From NCBI GenBank assembly GCA_008632985.1, contig QPGO01000139.1, positions 124,001 to 188,000 on the forward strand: a stretch of DNA of 64,000 bases, read 5' to 3'. The stretch comes from Psammoneis japonica. Lineage: Eukaryota. How positions within the stretch are numbered: the first letter of the stretch is position 1; every line of letters begins with the position of its first letter. Positions 41,801 through 52,986 of the stretch are shown piece after piece. The translations under genes and the position numbers were made by a program. The notes beneath the pieces were generated by a model, which worked only from the letters and a program-made list of their open reading frames with translations, searched no databases and was not told where the DNA came from.

Positions 41801-41870
41801 CTCAGATGACTTGAAACTCTATCTCGATGTGCTTGGTGGTGCCCTGAAAGAAAGCGGGGGTCCGGTATAG
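38837..41870 (+). CDS. Mitochondrial-carrier-family (phosphate-carrier-like) protein with a long N-terminal extension, probably plastid-targeted
   Basis: Carrier motifs PIDVCKTKIQ, PFEAVRIR and PADATISE. Signal peptide ending SHA-F. Intron 41301-41393, a probable short intron at ~40594, and apparent frameshifts near 39295, 40050, 40340-40380 and 41000. Confidence 0.8.
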
Positions 41871-42225
41871 AAGAGGTGTGGTTACCTTTGTTAAATTATC
41901 GTTTTAATAGACCTTAAAGACTCTAGAGAGGAAGCTACCAGAAACCAGGAAGTCACATACAGGAAACGACTCGGTATTCGGGATACAGTAGCGACACAAT
42001 CAAGTCGGCAGTCATTGAGCTCTTTTTTGGTGAGACCTCGTCGGTTTCGTGTGATGGATGCCCGTAGGAAGCCACGGCGATTGAGTACTGAAAGCACATG
42101 AACAAGAACACTTTCATTCCCACAAATTGAACTATTCTCGTTTTTCTCACAACATTTATGTGACATCTCAAGAACCACAGAACATTTATGGTGAAATCAA
42201 GAAACACCAAAACGCAGTCCATCAA

Positions 42226-43513
42226 ATGAAAGTTACATACAAAACCATTCTTGCTCTTCTTGCATTCTCTGGTTTAGTCCTCCCGACTGATGCGCAAAGG
42301 GTTAGAGGGAAGTGCGAAATCAGGAAACCTGATGAAGAGGCAGTGCCGCCAACAGGCGGAAGGGCAAGGGAGTCGAGTATTGCTACCCCTGACGACATTT
42401 CCGAGGAGAGTTTAATTGCTGGATATCAATTCACAGAAGCGTACAAGACAAGCAACAACCAGTGCAAGGCTGTCATTTTCGATGCGTGGGAAGCAAGTGG
42501 CACCACCCCCCTCGAGAGAGCACCAAACAACTTCATCGGTTTGGCACAAACTTACACACCCGTTGTGAGAGAGAACTATATTCGGATTCAAGTAGGATCG
42601 GGAAATACTGCGAAAAGCGCTACCGAAAAGATTTGGATGTGGTAAGCAATAGAAGTACTTAAGCAGCACTGATCGTTTTGAATTTGTAATTCGACTGACA
42701 GTTCCTCATTTCCTTTTTGACCTGAATAGGTTTGGGAGGACGAAGAAGATAGGTCTTTTGGGCTATTCCAACACAGCGTATCCATTTCCAGCCAACAATC
42801 TCATGAAATGGGACCTCAACTCCGTCAAGTGGTATCTCGAGACTATCGACACAGATGATTGGGATATGATTACGCTTACTAATCCATCAACGGATGGAAT
42901 TAAGATCAAAGACGTCAAAATCGTTCACTCTGGGGTGACCATTTTGGATTGGAAGAATGCTAACGTTTGGCTAGACAATTCAAAGCACGAGAGCCACAGC
43001 CACTTGGGGCTTTCTGCAAAGATCCTCGAACACAAGCTTAACATTCCTCAAATCAAACCGTACAATTGGATTACCCAGATACATTGGGCCGCGAGAGAGC
43101 TGGGAAAGACTGATGGCCAAAAGTATCAAGCATTGGGGACCAACGCATGGTGCAGTGAATTTGCGTCTTGGGTCTTACGCAAGGCGTTATGGAACACCCC
43201 AGACAATTGGGCACCGAATGGCATTGGTGATTCTCAAGAGATGGAGGACTACTTTGATAGCATTGGCCGCAATTTCCCACATTCGTCGCTCGTTGGATCA
43301 GGGTTCCACCGTCTCAAAGCAGGCGACTATCTGCGGTTCCAATGGGCAAGTGGTGGCCATCACAGTGGAATCTTTATTTCCTACAGGGACAGTTTAAACC
43401 CTAATCCAACGGATAGCACCAGGATATACACTATCGAAGGTAACACAGGCTCCAGAGTCGCTGTGAGGACTCGCAGGCTTGAGGACGTGATTTCCGCGGG
43501 GAACACGCAGTAA
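42226..43513 (+). CDS. Secreted protein with a C-terminal CHAP/NlpC-P60-like cysteine hydrolase domain; intron ~42642-42730
   Basis: Signal peptide MKVTYKTILALLAFSGLVLPTDA, then AWCSEFASWV, AGDYL.F, GHHSGIF and IYTIEGNT. Confidence 0.8.
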
Positions 43514-43947
43514 GAGCAAACGCATTTGGGAAAGCAGAGATCCATACTGCATTGGCGACGAGACGACTACAGTGTTACATTTTGCATGACAGAGAAACGA
43601 TGAGAAGAAGGCAATCGGAAGACGAAAGATTCACATTACATTGAGAACGAATGGTAATCGGGAGGAGGAGACATACATGTTTCATGAGGTTAGCGCAGGC
43701 GATTTCACACTGCAACTTAGAGCTTTTATTCGTCGCTTTGACTGCCGATGAAAGCCATTGCAAATGACAGGAGAAGCGATACGTGAGCAACCACGTAAAT
43801 TAAAAATGAAGTTCATTCAATTGAATCCGCTGTGTACGTCTTATTTTCATCTTTAATTTACAACAGCGTAGGTCAACGCTGTCGCTCTATTCAAAACAAA
43901 ACTATCCGAGATATCTCTCAAGTGTTGCATAGACAACGCCCATTCGT

Positions 43948-44235
43948 TTATCTATCCCAGGTGCGGATAATGGATTGACGCTTGGTACGGTCGGCACGTA
44001 CATCGGGGCAAGTGAAAAAGTGGTGGGCAATGTAGGCAGAGCATCCCGTAACGGCAATTCCCAAGATTGCAATGACGGGGTAGGCACCAACGTCTGAAAG
44101 CCAAACCTTGGTACCACCCATGGGGATTTCCTTTTCAGTGACAAGTGTTCCGGCGTTGAATCCACGGCGACCAGTCGTTCTGGTGGCAGCACTGTATAGG
44201 CAAGATAGAGGAGAAGAGAGATGTGTGCGAGGCAT
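43948..44235 (-). CDS. NDUFA4/B12D-like small mitochondrial membrane protein (5' exon not resolved)
   Basis: WLSDVGAYPVIAILGIAV...HFFTCPDVR matches the family pattern: YP, a transmembrane helix, then PDVR. Confidence 0.7.
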   Translation of the reverse strand: MPRTHLSSPLSCLYSAATRTTGRRGFNAGTLVTEKEIPMGGTKVWLSDVGAYPVIAILGIAVTGCSAYIAHHFFTCPDVRADRTKRQSIIRTWDR

Positions 44236-44975
44236 GTTTCAGGTTTGATAAATAATGGTATTGATGGATCAAGATTGCGTGGACAGACGGAAGGGACGCG
44301 AAATTGTGATGTTTTGTTCTTTAGTGGACTGAACTGGTGTCCACGTCGAAAAACGAAAGGCGATAGCGCCGTTGCATAGTGTGCACGATGCGCTCACTCC
44401 ATCAAGTCTTTCTTCCATCCAACATGTTTCAACATCCAAAAAGAACTTACCGTGGGACAGCAGAGAAGGCGGTACGGGCAAGAGCGTTCATGTTGATGGT
44501 GTCTTTGATGTGTCTGTTAAACAGGTGAGGAAGTTGTGAGAGGGATGAGAGGAGAAACTGGCAAGGAATTTTGTGAGCAACTTTTGCAATCCACGTCAGC
44601 TGCGGTGACGTGTTATTCAAATATTATTGAATGGATACATTTTAAAGGACGCTTGCTTTTCCGTTGGGGTCGTCATTCCATTTTGTCCTTCGATTTCTAC
44701 GACGAGCCATACGTGGTGCTTACAGTACGTATGTGCAGGCGTACTCTTGCTGGATGTATGACGTGGTTACGTAGTGTTGATGTTGAAGGAATTCGGAACC
44801 TGCTTTGGATAGATGACACCGTCGGTCCGTCAACAGAGAGTCATAGTGCATCATCTGCAGCTCACGTTTCTAAATCTCATAAACGAAGTATGCAACACCA
44901 AAAACAGAAATACCATACCATCAACACTGCATTGGCAATGGTATTGTCATCCTGCAAGCCTCCATCTGACTCACA

Positions 44976-46567
44976 ATGATTCGACGCGGAGAAGCCGAAA
45001 TATCATCACGAAATGGCTGGTCACAAGATGGTAATGACAATTTTCCCAGAAGACCCAACGGAGAGCAGCAGTCATCTTCGTCGTCTGACTGGCATCCCTC
45101 GCCTCCGCAGCTTAGCAATCGTCCGGTTCCGGGTCGGCCAAGAAAGCGTATGCCTGTCATTGTGACCCCGCCCATTTCAGGAGAAATATTGGGTTCGTCT
45201 TCGAGACGGAAACAGCGAAAGAATTTTTGTTCTCGATTTCTTGCGCAATTTTCAAGCGGAAAGACGAGAACGGAAGGTTTCTCGTCGCTGGTGTTGTTGG
45301 CGATTGTGCTGTGGTACCTTTTGGGAGTGATCAGCATTGGAACGTCGAAATTGCTATTGATGAAGCCTAAAACACATCAACTAGTCGGTAATGTCCCACC
45401 CGTGTTTCTTACGCTGCAACAACTGATAATTGGATCGCTCCTATTTCGGTTCTTGCTGCACAACAAAGCTCTAGGATCATCCGGACTGCAGCCGTGGCCG
45501 ACATCATCTTCTAAAAAGGCAAGACGACCTTCGCAGAAATCAAAGCAACCGCCCGGTAAATCCTCTGAGTTGGTATTGACGGGTTTGTTCTTTGGGCTGG
45601 GCTTTCTAACAACCAATTACAGTTTTCGTCACTCATCGGCTGCCTTTGTGGAAACCATCAAGGCCGCCGAACCCATTACAAGTGCTTTGGTGGCTGTCAC
45701 GTGGGGAATTGAAACGTTGGGAATAAATGAAGTTATATCCTTGGGTGCTATTGTCATGGGAGTTTTGATTTCCACCGTTGCCAATGGATCTGCAGGCACA
45801 CCGAGGTGAGCAGAGTGTTTAGAAGGCACAAACCCCGCCTTTGGCGTTGTTATCATGTTTGTGCACATCTCATTCGTTCACATTTAATCCTATTGCTTCA
45901 GTGATAGCTCATCGTCATCATTGAGTGCTTCTATCGGAGGTTGCTTGTTAATCATGGTGACCAACGTGTGCTTCTCCTTTCGTGGATTGCATCAAAAGCT
46001 CTTCCGTGCTTCGCCTCAAGGCACAGTTGCTGACGTGGATGATTTGAATTTGCAGTATCGCGTGCAACAAGTGGGTGTAGCACTGTTGATTATTCCCGTC
46101 ATTGTACTTGATGGGGTCAACATGTTTTCACGAGTGTGGCACATTTATTGGAATTTTGGTTTCTTTCAAAGTGGAGCATTGCTGCGATATATCGGGTTGT
46201 CTCTTGTGAATGGATTGGCCTTCGCAAGTTACAAGTGAGTGTCTTCACCTGCGGTTTGTCGTGTTATTCCTGATCATGATATTTTCTCGACTTATCTGGT
46301 ATTCTCGTTGCTACGTTGGAACGTAGTTTGGCTTCCACGTTTGTTTTATCCAGAATATCCGTAGTGCATCACGCGGCATTGAATTGCATTCGACGAATAT
46401 TTGCCATTATTGTTACATCTATTGCGTTTGGGTTGCCAATAACGTGGTTTGGTGCGTTCGGGATATTAGTCTCCTTCTGGGGCTTCATGTCCTTTACGCA
46501 CTTCAAAGCCAAACGGCACTCGCAACCGCGCCAAGTTTCGACTCTGTTGCCCATGAGTGCCGTGTAG
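44976..46567 (+). CDS. Triose-phosphate/nucleotide-sugar transporter family (TPT/DMT) protein, 3 exons
   Basis: LWY..G..SIGTSK, FVETIKAAEP, NVCFSFRGLHQK and SVVHHAALNCIRR. Introns at ~45806-45901 and ~46236-46327. Confidence 0.88.
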
Positions 46568-46847
46568 ATCCAAAAAGTGAGTTCACCAAGCAAGGAGAAA
46601 GCGTACTAGTATAGCGGTATAGAGTCTAACAAGTAATCGTGCAGCACGAAATCGCGAGAAGAACTTTTTCATGTGATGCGGCTTTCGTTTCGGATCAAAT
46701 CTCGAAACTAAAGAACGCTGCTCAGTTCTCTGACTGTACTGACTGCATCGGACTTCTCCCACTCCTCACCGACCACTCGAATCCCACCTCTTCCAACGCT
46801 CGAATCCTATCTGATGTCATTGGGCTAGACTTTTTATTACTTTTGCA

Positions 46848-48360
46848 TCAGTTGTAGTTACGACGTTGATCCTTGACCCAGAGTGCGAGTCTCTTGTTTA
46901 CCGAATAATGCTGCGGAACACGACAATGCCCATGGAAGTTGTCGAGAGCCGCTCCTCTTCGCGGCGCTGACCACTCAAATCCTGCGTCTTCCAGAGCTTT
47001 CAGACGATCCGGAGTCATTGAGCAAGGCTTGCTTTTGTTTTGATAATGCTTGTAGCTCCTGCGCTGTGCCATGACCCAAAGTGCGAGGCGTTTGTTATCC
47101 GAATAACGCTGCGGGACACGATAATGCCCATGAACAGCTTTGAACTCCAAAAGTTCATCGAGCATGCGCTTCCAACTGGAATTGTCGACATTCGGACCCG
47201 GTTTAAGTGACCACTCGAATCCCGCATCTTCCAGAGCTTTCACACACGATCTGGAGTCATTGGGCAGGGTTTGCTTTTGTTTTGACAACACTTGCAGTTC
47301 CAACGCTGTGTCCGGACCCAACAAGAGAGGCGTCCATTTTCCACGTAGTTGCCAGGCACACGGCAATGCCCATGAACGGCCTTAAATTCCAACAATTTGT
47401 CAAGCACACGCTTCCAATTACTCCCGTCGGAATCCGGACCCTTTTCAGGTGACCACTCGAATCCAGCATCTTCCAGAGCTCTCGCACGATCTGGAGTCAT
47501 TGGGCAAGGTTCAATTTTGTTTTGACAATGCTTGCAAGTCTTGTGCTGTCTCGTGACCCAAAGTGCAAGGCACCTATTTTCTGAACAATGCTGCGGGACA
47601 TGACAGTGGCCATGAACAGCTTTGAATTCCAACAATTCGCCCAGCATGCGGTCCCACCTGTCATTGTCGAGACCACCTCTTCTCGGCATTGACCACTCAA
47701 AGCCGGCATCTTCCAGAGCTTTCATGTGATCTTGAGTCATTGAGCAAGGTTTGCTTTTGTTTTGATGACACTTGCAGCTCCTGTGCTGTGTTGTGACCCA
47801 ATGTGCGAGGCGTCTATTTTCCGTGTGGTTGTGAGGTGCACGGCAATGCCCATGAACGGCCTTAAATTCCAACAATTTGTGAAGCACACGCTTCCAATTG
47901 CTCCCATTGGAATCCGGACCCTTTTTAGGTGACCACTTGAATCCGCATCTTCCAGAGCTCTCACACGATCTGGAGTCATTGGGCAAGGTTTGCTTTTGTT
48001 TTGATGACACTTGCATCTCCTGCGCTGTGTCGCGACCCAAAAGCAGAGGCGTTTGTTTTCAGAGTGACGACGCGGAACCCAACAGTGGCCATGAAGTTGC
48101 TTGAATTCCAACAGCTCATTAAACATGTGATCCCACTGATCAGTTTGTCCCGATGACTCGAAATTAAATCCAATTCCTCCAAGCTGTTCTTCCCAAGCAT
48201 CGGCGAGTGCTGATTTGCCATTTTGTAACTTTTTTTGGCATGCCCTTTGTTGTCTGATTGTCCAAGCACCCAAAGGAGTTCTTTGTGGGTGCGCAAAAGT
48301 CCCCATTTTTCTCATGAAACTCAACCAGTTCTTGGAATCGATTTTGCCACCGGGCCTCAT
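46848..48360 (-). pseudogene. Helicase-associated (HA) domain tandem-repeat gene, disrupted
   Basis: About 6 units with ~240-bp period: W...L.EL.EFK..HGHC.VP......LA.WV..QR......R.KALEDAGFEW. Frameshifts present, with Tyr->Cys/His increasing toward the 5' end. Confidence 0.88.
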
Positions 48361-48958
48361 GAGATTGCCCCTTCACAGCCCAGCACGTTCGATGCTGCTG
48401 GCGTGTGAACTGTGCTCTCTCCTTGCAGGCTCTGTTTTTAAAAGTCCATGTTGAACAACCAGAAAAAGCTGGACAGTTATTCACATTGTGAGTAAAAAAC
48501 AAGAATGCCTCACCATTTCCTGCGACGATGCTCAAAACGAACAGCACCGCGAACAGCGGCAACCCCATCAGCATGATCATTTGCGCAGCCAGATTCGGTC
48601 GGCATTTTCTGCGACAGATGAGGAGAAGGATTTACTAGCAGCAAATCAGTTGTTGTGGCTGATGTGGATCACGAAAATTGCTTATTCAAATCGTTTCGCT
48701 GTCGCAACCGTAAACTGTCAGTTGTCAGTTTCTGTTGAATGGGTGGCATCGTCGTCGGGGACAAAAATCTTCGGCATCCATAAAAATGTGGCTCTGAAAC
48801 GCGCGGGGCCGCGCATAACGTTGTGGCTTTTTTGTTGCGGCGAGCAAATTCGCGACGCAAATTGCTGATTGCTGTTGTTGCCGTCTTCTTTCGTCCCTAC
48901 GAGTACCAAAACTCTCTCGGACATTCAATCAAGGACTCGTTACGTTATCAGATAAGCC

Positions 48959-50141
48959 ATGTCACTATCTGGTAACTTCAAGTACGTTTTAATTCCATGT
49001 GATACAACGAAAGATATCGAGATTTGCGTGGGTAACAAATCTGGAGGACTGAGTGATGACTTTCTCGTCAAGGCTGCGAAAGAGTACTTTCAGAACCAGA
49101 GTGGAGGTAGCCAAGGTAAATACACACAAGAAGTTCTCTAGCGTATGAATGATACCTGCAATGTTCTCTTACGAATTTCACTTTCATGATCTATGTTTCA
49201 GCTGACGCATTAGCAGCAATTGATAGCTACAGTCCAGAACAGCGAAAAGAACTCGCTCAAAGCTTCCGACAGCAAATGATGTCCATGGCCCCAGATTCAA
49301 ACGAAGCCTTATCGAAAATGCCGGATGATGCTGTGTTGCAATATCTCAAGTACGTGGTCATACTCCGCTTGTTGCCTTGCGTCTGCATGGTGTCTGTGGT
49401 TTGTTTCTTACAGAGTTTCTCATCTCCTGTAATCACGGCAGAGCTACTCAGTCTGCCACGACATGCGAAATTATGGCCTTGACAGTTCCGACAAAGGAAA
49501 ATGATTACAGAGCCGTTAGTATGTACAGCGCTTCTGCGTCACACGATCAGCCGGTAAATATTCGCGCAACCAGTCTCCTGACAGCTTGTGGTCACAATGC
49601 TCCAACATCCGACAATAATGGCCCAGCGGGAGTTCGTGGAGATGTCTTTTTGGGAAGGTGCAAGGATAAGGAAGACACAGATGAATGGGTTCGTGAAGAT
49701 TTTCTTGTAGAGGATGCGTCTCCGGATGCACCGTGGATCAAGCAGGCCCGAACCAAGGGCGGCGGCGGGGGGAGTGGGGCTAGCTCCGGTGGTGCGGCCC
49801 CATCCTTGAGCGGAATCATGTCTCAATCGTTTCAGCAGCAGCAACAACAGCATCCCTCGTTGCAAAATTGTACATGGTCTCAGACAGACGAGGATGTGGA
49901 GTTGAAATTTGCGGTAGCATCGGGAACAAAAAGCAAACACATCAAGGTGAATTTTGCACCGAATCATCTGACTGTGAAACTGACAGGCCAGACCCTTATA
50001 AATGGAAAGACCGGAGGGGCTGTCAGCGTAGACGATAGCACATATACCATTCAAGATGACGGGAAAAAAGGACGCGAGCTATGTGTTACACTGGGAAAGA
50101 AGGTGCCCGGATCGACATGGCCTTGTGCTGTACAGCCGTAA
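48959..50141 (+). CDS. NudC/CS (p23-like) domain protein, 3 exons
   Basis: C-terminal TWSQTDEDVELKF...IKVNF...L.V...STYTI...L.VTL.K..WP CS domain. Introns at ~49116-49200 and ~49350-49441. Confidence 0.75.
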
Positions 50142-50225
50142 AGGTTTTTAAAGACCGGGGATAACTGATCGGGCCTGCGACACTACACTTTGTTTCTTTC
50201 GAACTATAGAGGGACTTATCGTTGT

Positions 50226-51191
50226 TCAAACCCGTCTAATGCGGGGCGCTGTTCCATCATTTTCGGGCGCTTTGCCCGTTACAACAAACCGTTTCAAGTC
50301 CTCCATTCCGTGTTGTTCATCTCCTTCACAGGAAGTTGATCCAAACAAGAGCTGGGCATGCTCCACCTGATCAAGATCCAGTGGTTTGCCGGCTGGCCAC
50401 CATTGCATGGCATCTTCTACGGATCGCACCTTGAGTAAGCGTTCCAGTTCCGTGCGTATTTGAATTTTGATGCGACGCCACTTTTTAGCGTTGCCTGCTT
50501 CCACCTTGTGGCATGCAACAAACACGGTTGGTGTGCCACTGATTTTGCCGGAGGCAGAATAGCTTAGAATTTGATACAGCACATCGGCAGCCGGTGCCAC
50601 GGGCTGGGTAGAGTCCAGCACCAATACCAATCTCGAAATTGTTTTTAATACTGTCAAGAGTTGTGGTGATTCCCACGAAGCATGGCCGGGGTAATCCATG
50701 ACTCGCACTGGCTTGAGTGAATCATTTTCACTGGGCATGATAAAGCCAACGTTTGCTCTCAAGCTCGTTACTGTTGCAACGTGTGCTGCATCGTGACATA
50801 AAGTATAAAATATGCGTGTCTTGCCCACTCCAGGTGGCCCGCATAAGAGCACTGTTTCGCCATATACGACTCCTTTGTCGTGTTTGCTAGAAGCCAAAAT
50901 AGCTTCGTCGTCATCGTCGATAATAGCTTTTCCTCTTCCCGACAGATTAGAAAATATTTTGACAATTTGCCACACCAACACTCCCACCAAGAGAGACCCA
51001 ACCAACGACACGGTGGCTTCGGGTCCAACATAAGGTTCCAAGACTGGGTCGACCGTTCGAATGGCCTTGACCACGGGCGGTGGCAGAAAGGGCGTCGCAC
51101 GTTCTCGTACGGTTGTCTGAAACAAAACCGGTGTTGCTTCCACCACCACAATGGGCTCTTCTTCTTCGTTTTCCTGCTCTTTATCGCTCAT
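50226..51191 (-). CDS. SRPRB: Signal recognition particle receptor beta subunit
   Basis: N-terminal TM helix, GPPGVGKT P-loop, TVTS, DYPGH, VLDST and IRTELERL. Confidence 0.88.
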   Translation of the reverse strand: MSDKEQENEEEEPIVVVEATPVLFQTTVRERATPFLPPPVVKAIRTVDPVLEPYVGPEATVSLVGSLLVGVLVWQIVKIFSNLSGRGKAIIDDDDEAILASSKHDKGVVYGETVLLCGPPGVGKTRIFYTLCHDAAHVATVTSLRANVGFIMPSENDSLKPVRVMDYPGHASWESPQLLTVLKTISRLVLVLDSTQPVAPAADVLYQILSYSASGKISGTPTVFVACHKVEAGNAKKWRRIKIQIRTELERLLKVRSVEDAMQWWPAGKPLDLDQVEHAQLLFGSTSCEGDEQHGMEDLKRFVVTGKAPENDGTAPRIRRV

Positions 51192-51609
51192 TGTATAGAA
51201 GCCACCTGTTATTAGTAATGGTGTCGATGCAGCAGCAGTTCTTTAGCCTGTTGCTTCTCTCTTCTCTTTTTTAGCGATGCTCGCCTTGCGAGTGCGGCGG
51301 TGCGGTGCTCCACGCGTTTGCCGTTGATGCTGATCAAGGATTTCAAATTCCGGAATTCAAAAATTCCCTCCAACAAATTTATTTTGATGCTTCGGGTTTG
51401 TATATAATAATAACAGCGATTCAGTCACGAGTCTCCACAACGAAGTCACGAGTGCAGCACCCTTCGAAAATCAATCATCGCCCAGGAATTTCCTCCCTGA
51501 CGAAACAGAACGCTTCATTAGACCTTATAAATGGACTTGTCCATGTCATTGTGGCTTTCTAAATGCTAAAGCAAAAGCAAAACCTTTTGTAGCGTGCAAA
51601 ATTATTTTC

Positions 51610-52691
51610 TTATCTTCGCTTATAGATGCAGGGTTTCGCCGTGAAGCTAACATTGGCATCCGGATCTTTACCATTCTTCTCCAATTCCAGCACCACAAAC
51701 ATTTTGTTTGACTTGTCTACCTTGTTACAAGAGAAACCCAGTGATCTTAGGACATTGATAAATTCTTGCAATTCATCCGTGCCATCGGTAGCAAATCTTG
51801 ATCGTACTTCGGCAATCACGAGTCGTCCATTGTCCTTGAGCACCCGATGCGCTTCTCGGACAAAGTCTGCCAAGTTTGTTCCCATGAGTGACAAGCAAAA
51901 AACACCCACGTCTACTGTATTCTTATCAATCGGTACGTTTGCCATGTCACAAGCTGTTACCAAATCACAAGAAGCCACCAGATCAAAGGAATGAATGACA
52001 AAGGGGACTTTATTGTTCTTTTTCGTGAGTTTTTTGGCGAGTTCCGCGTCACCGCAACCAAAATCAGCACAACGACACTCTTCTTCTTGTTTCTGTAGTT
52101 TGAAAGTATCCATTTGAAAATCACGTCAACAGGATTGACAGGCCATTGCTGAACTTGGTGTCGAAAGCCATCATGATACTGCTCATACATTTCTGGGCGT
52201 TCTGAAAACCGAGAAAAGGCCGCAGAAGAAGTTGTCGTGTACAGCTCCTACGACGAGAAACAACAAACAAAATAGGATTGAGGTCTGAAAGCTTTCTTGC
52301 TGGTGAAAGCAAGCATTTCTTTTTGGGCACTACAAACCTCATTGAGCTCACGAAAACGCGATCCAGAGAGCCTTGCCAGGAACGATTGCTGCAAAGATGA
52401 AGTTTTTCCTTTCTTGTGTTGCATCGTCGACTCTTCAGCAGACTTGGATATTGAGATTTCGTTTGCTGTTTCCTTTGCTGGCTTTGATTTTTTGGGGTTA
52501 GATTGACTTGGCTGGCTGCCACCGTCGTTGGCAGCTTTCTTGTTCTTCTCCTTGGCACGAAGCCGCCGCATTCGCTTCTTTTTGCTCTTGCTCCATACTT
52601 CCGTGGTATCAGACTTTGCTTTTTGATCTCGAGCCTCTAGTGATGAATTATCCGACGGCTTAGACGACTTTACCCTTTTTCTCTTCGCCAT
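51610..52691 (-). CDS. RRP8: rRNA m1A methyltransferase RRP8/nucleomethylin
   Basis: RLSGSRFRELNE, YHDGFRHQVQQWPVNPVD, ADFGCGDA, VFCLSLMGTN, AEVRSRF and KPCIYKRR. Intron at ~52248-52337; apparent frameshift near 52080. Confidence 0.93.
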
Positions 52692-52986
52692 TTTTTCGCT
52701 GTTGCTGTCACTTTTCTGCCGATACGTTTTGTGTTTTACTCTTTCATGAATTTGTGGCGGGAAACGGCGTCTGATGTCGTCCGTCGCATTGGACCCTGTG
52801 CTGGGGCTGGACCAAAAAGTCGCCGTGGTCTATCTCTCTACTCTAGGCTACTACTGTAGCTAGGCCTAGAGAGCAGAGAGGGTCCTCTCTAGTTAGACCC
52901 TACGCGTATGTTTCTCGCACTCTCTCAAATAGAGAGGACGAGATTGTATGGATGTCAACCTTTACTCACTTTTATCTTTGCGTTAT

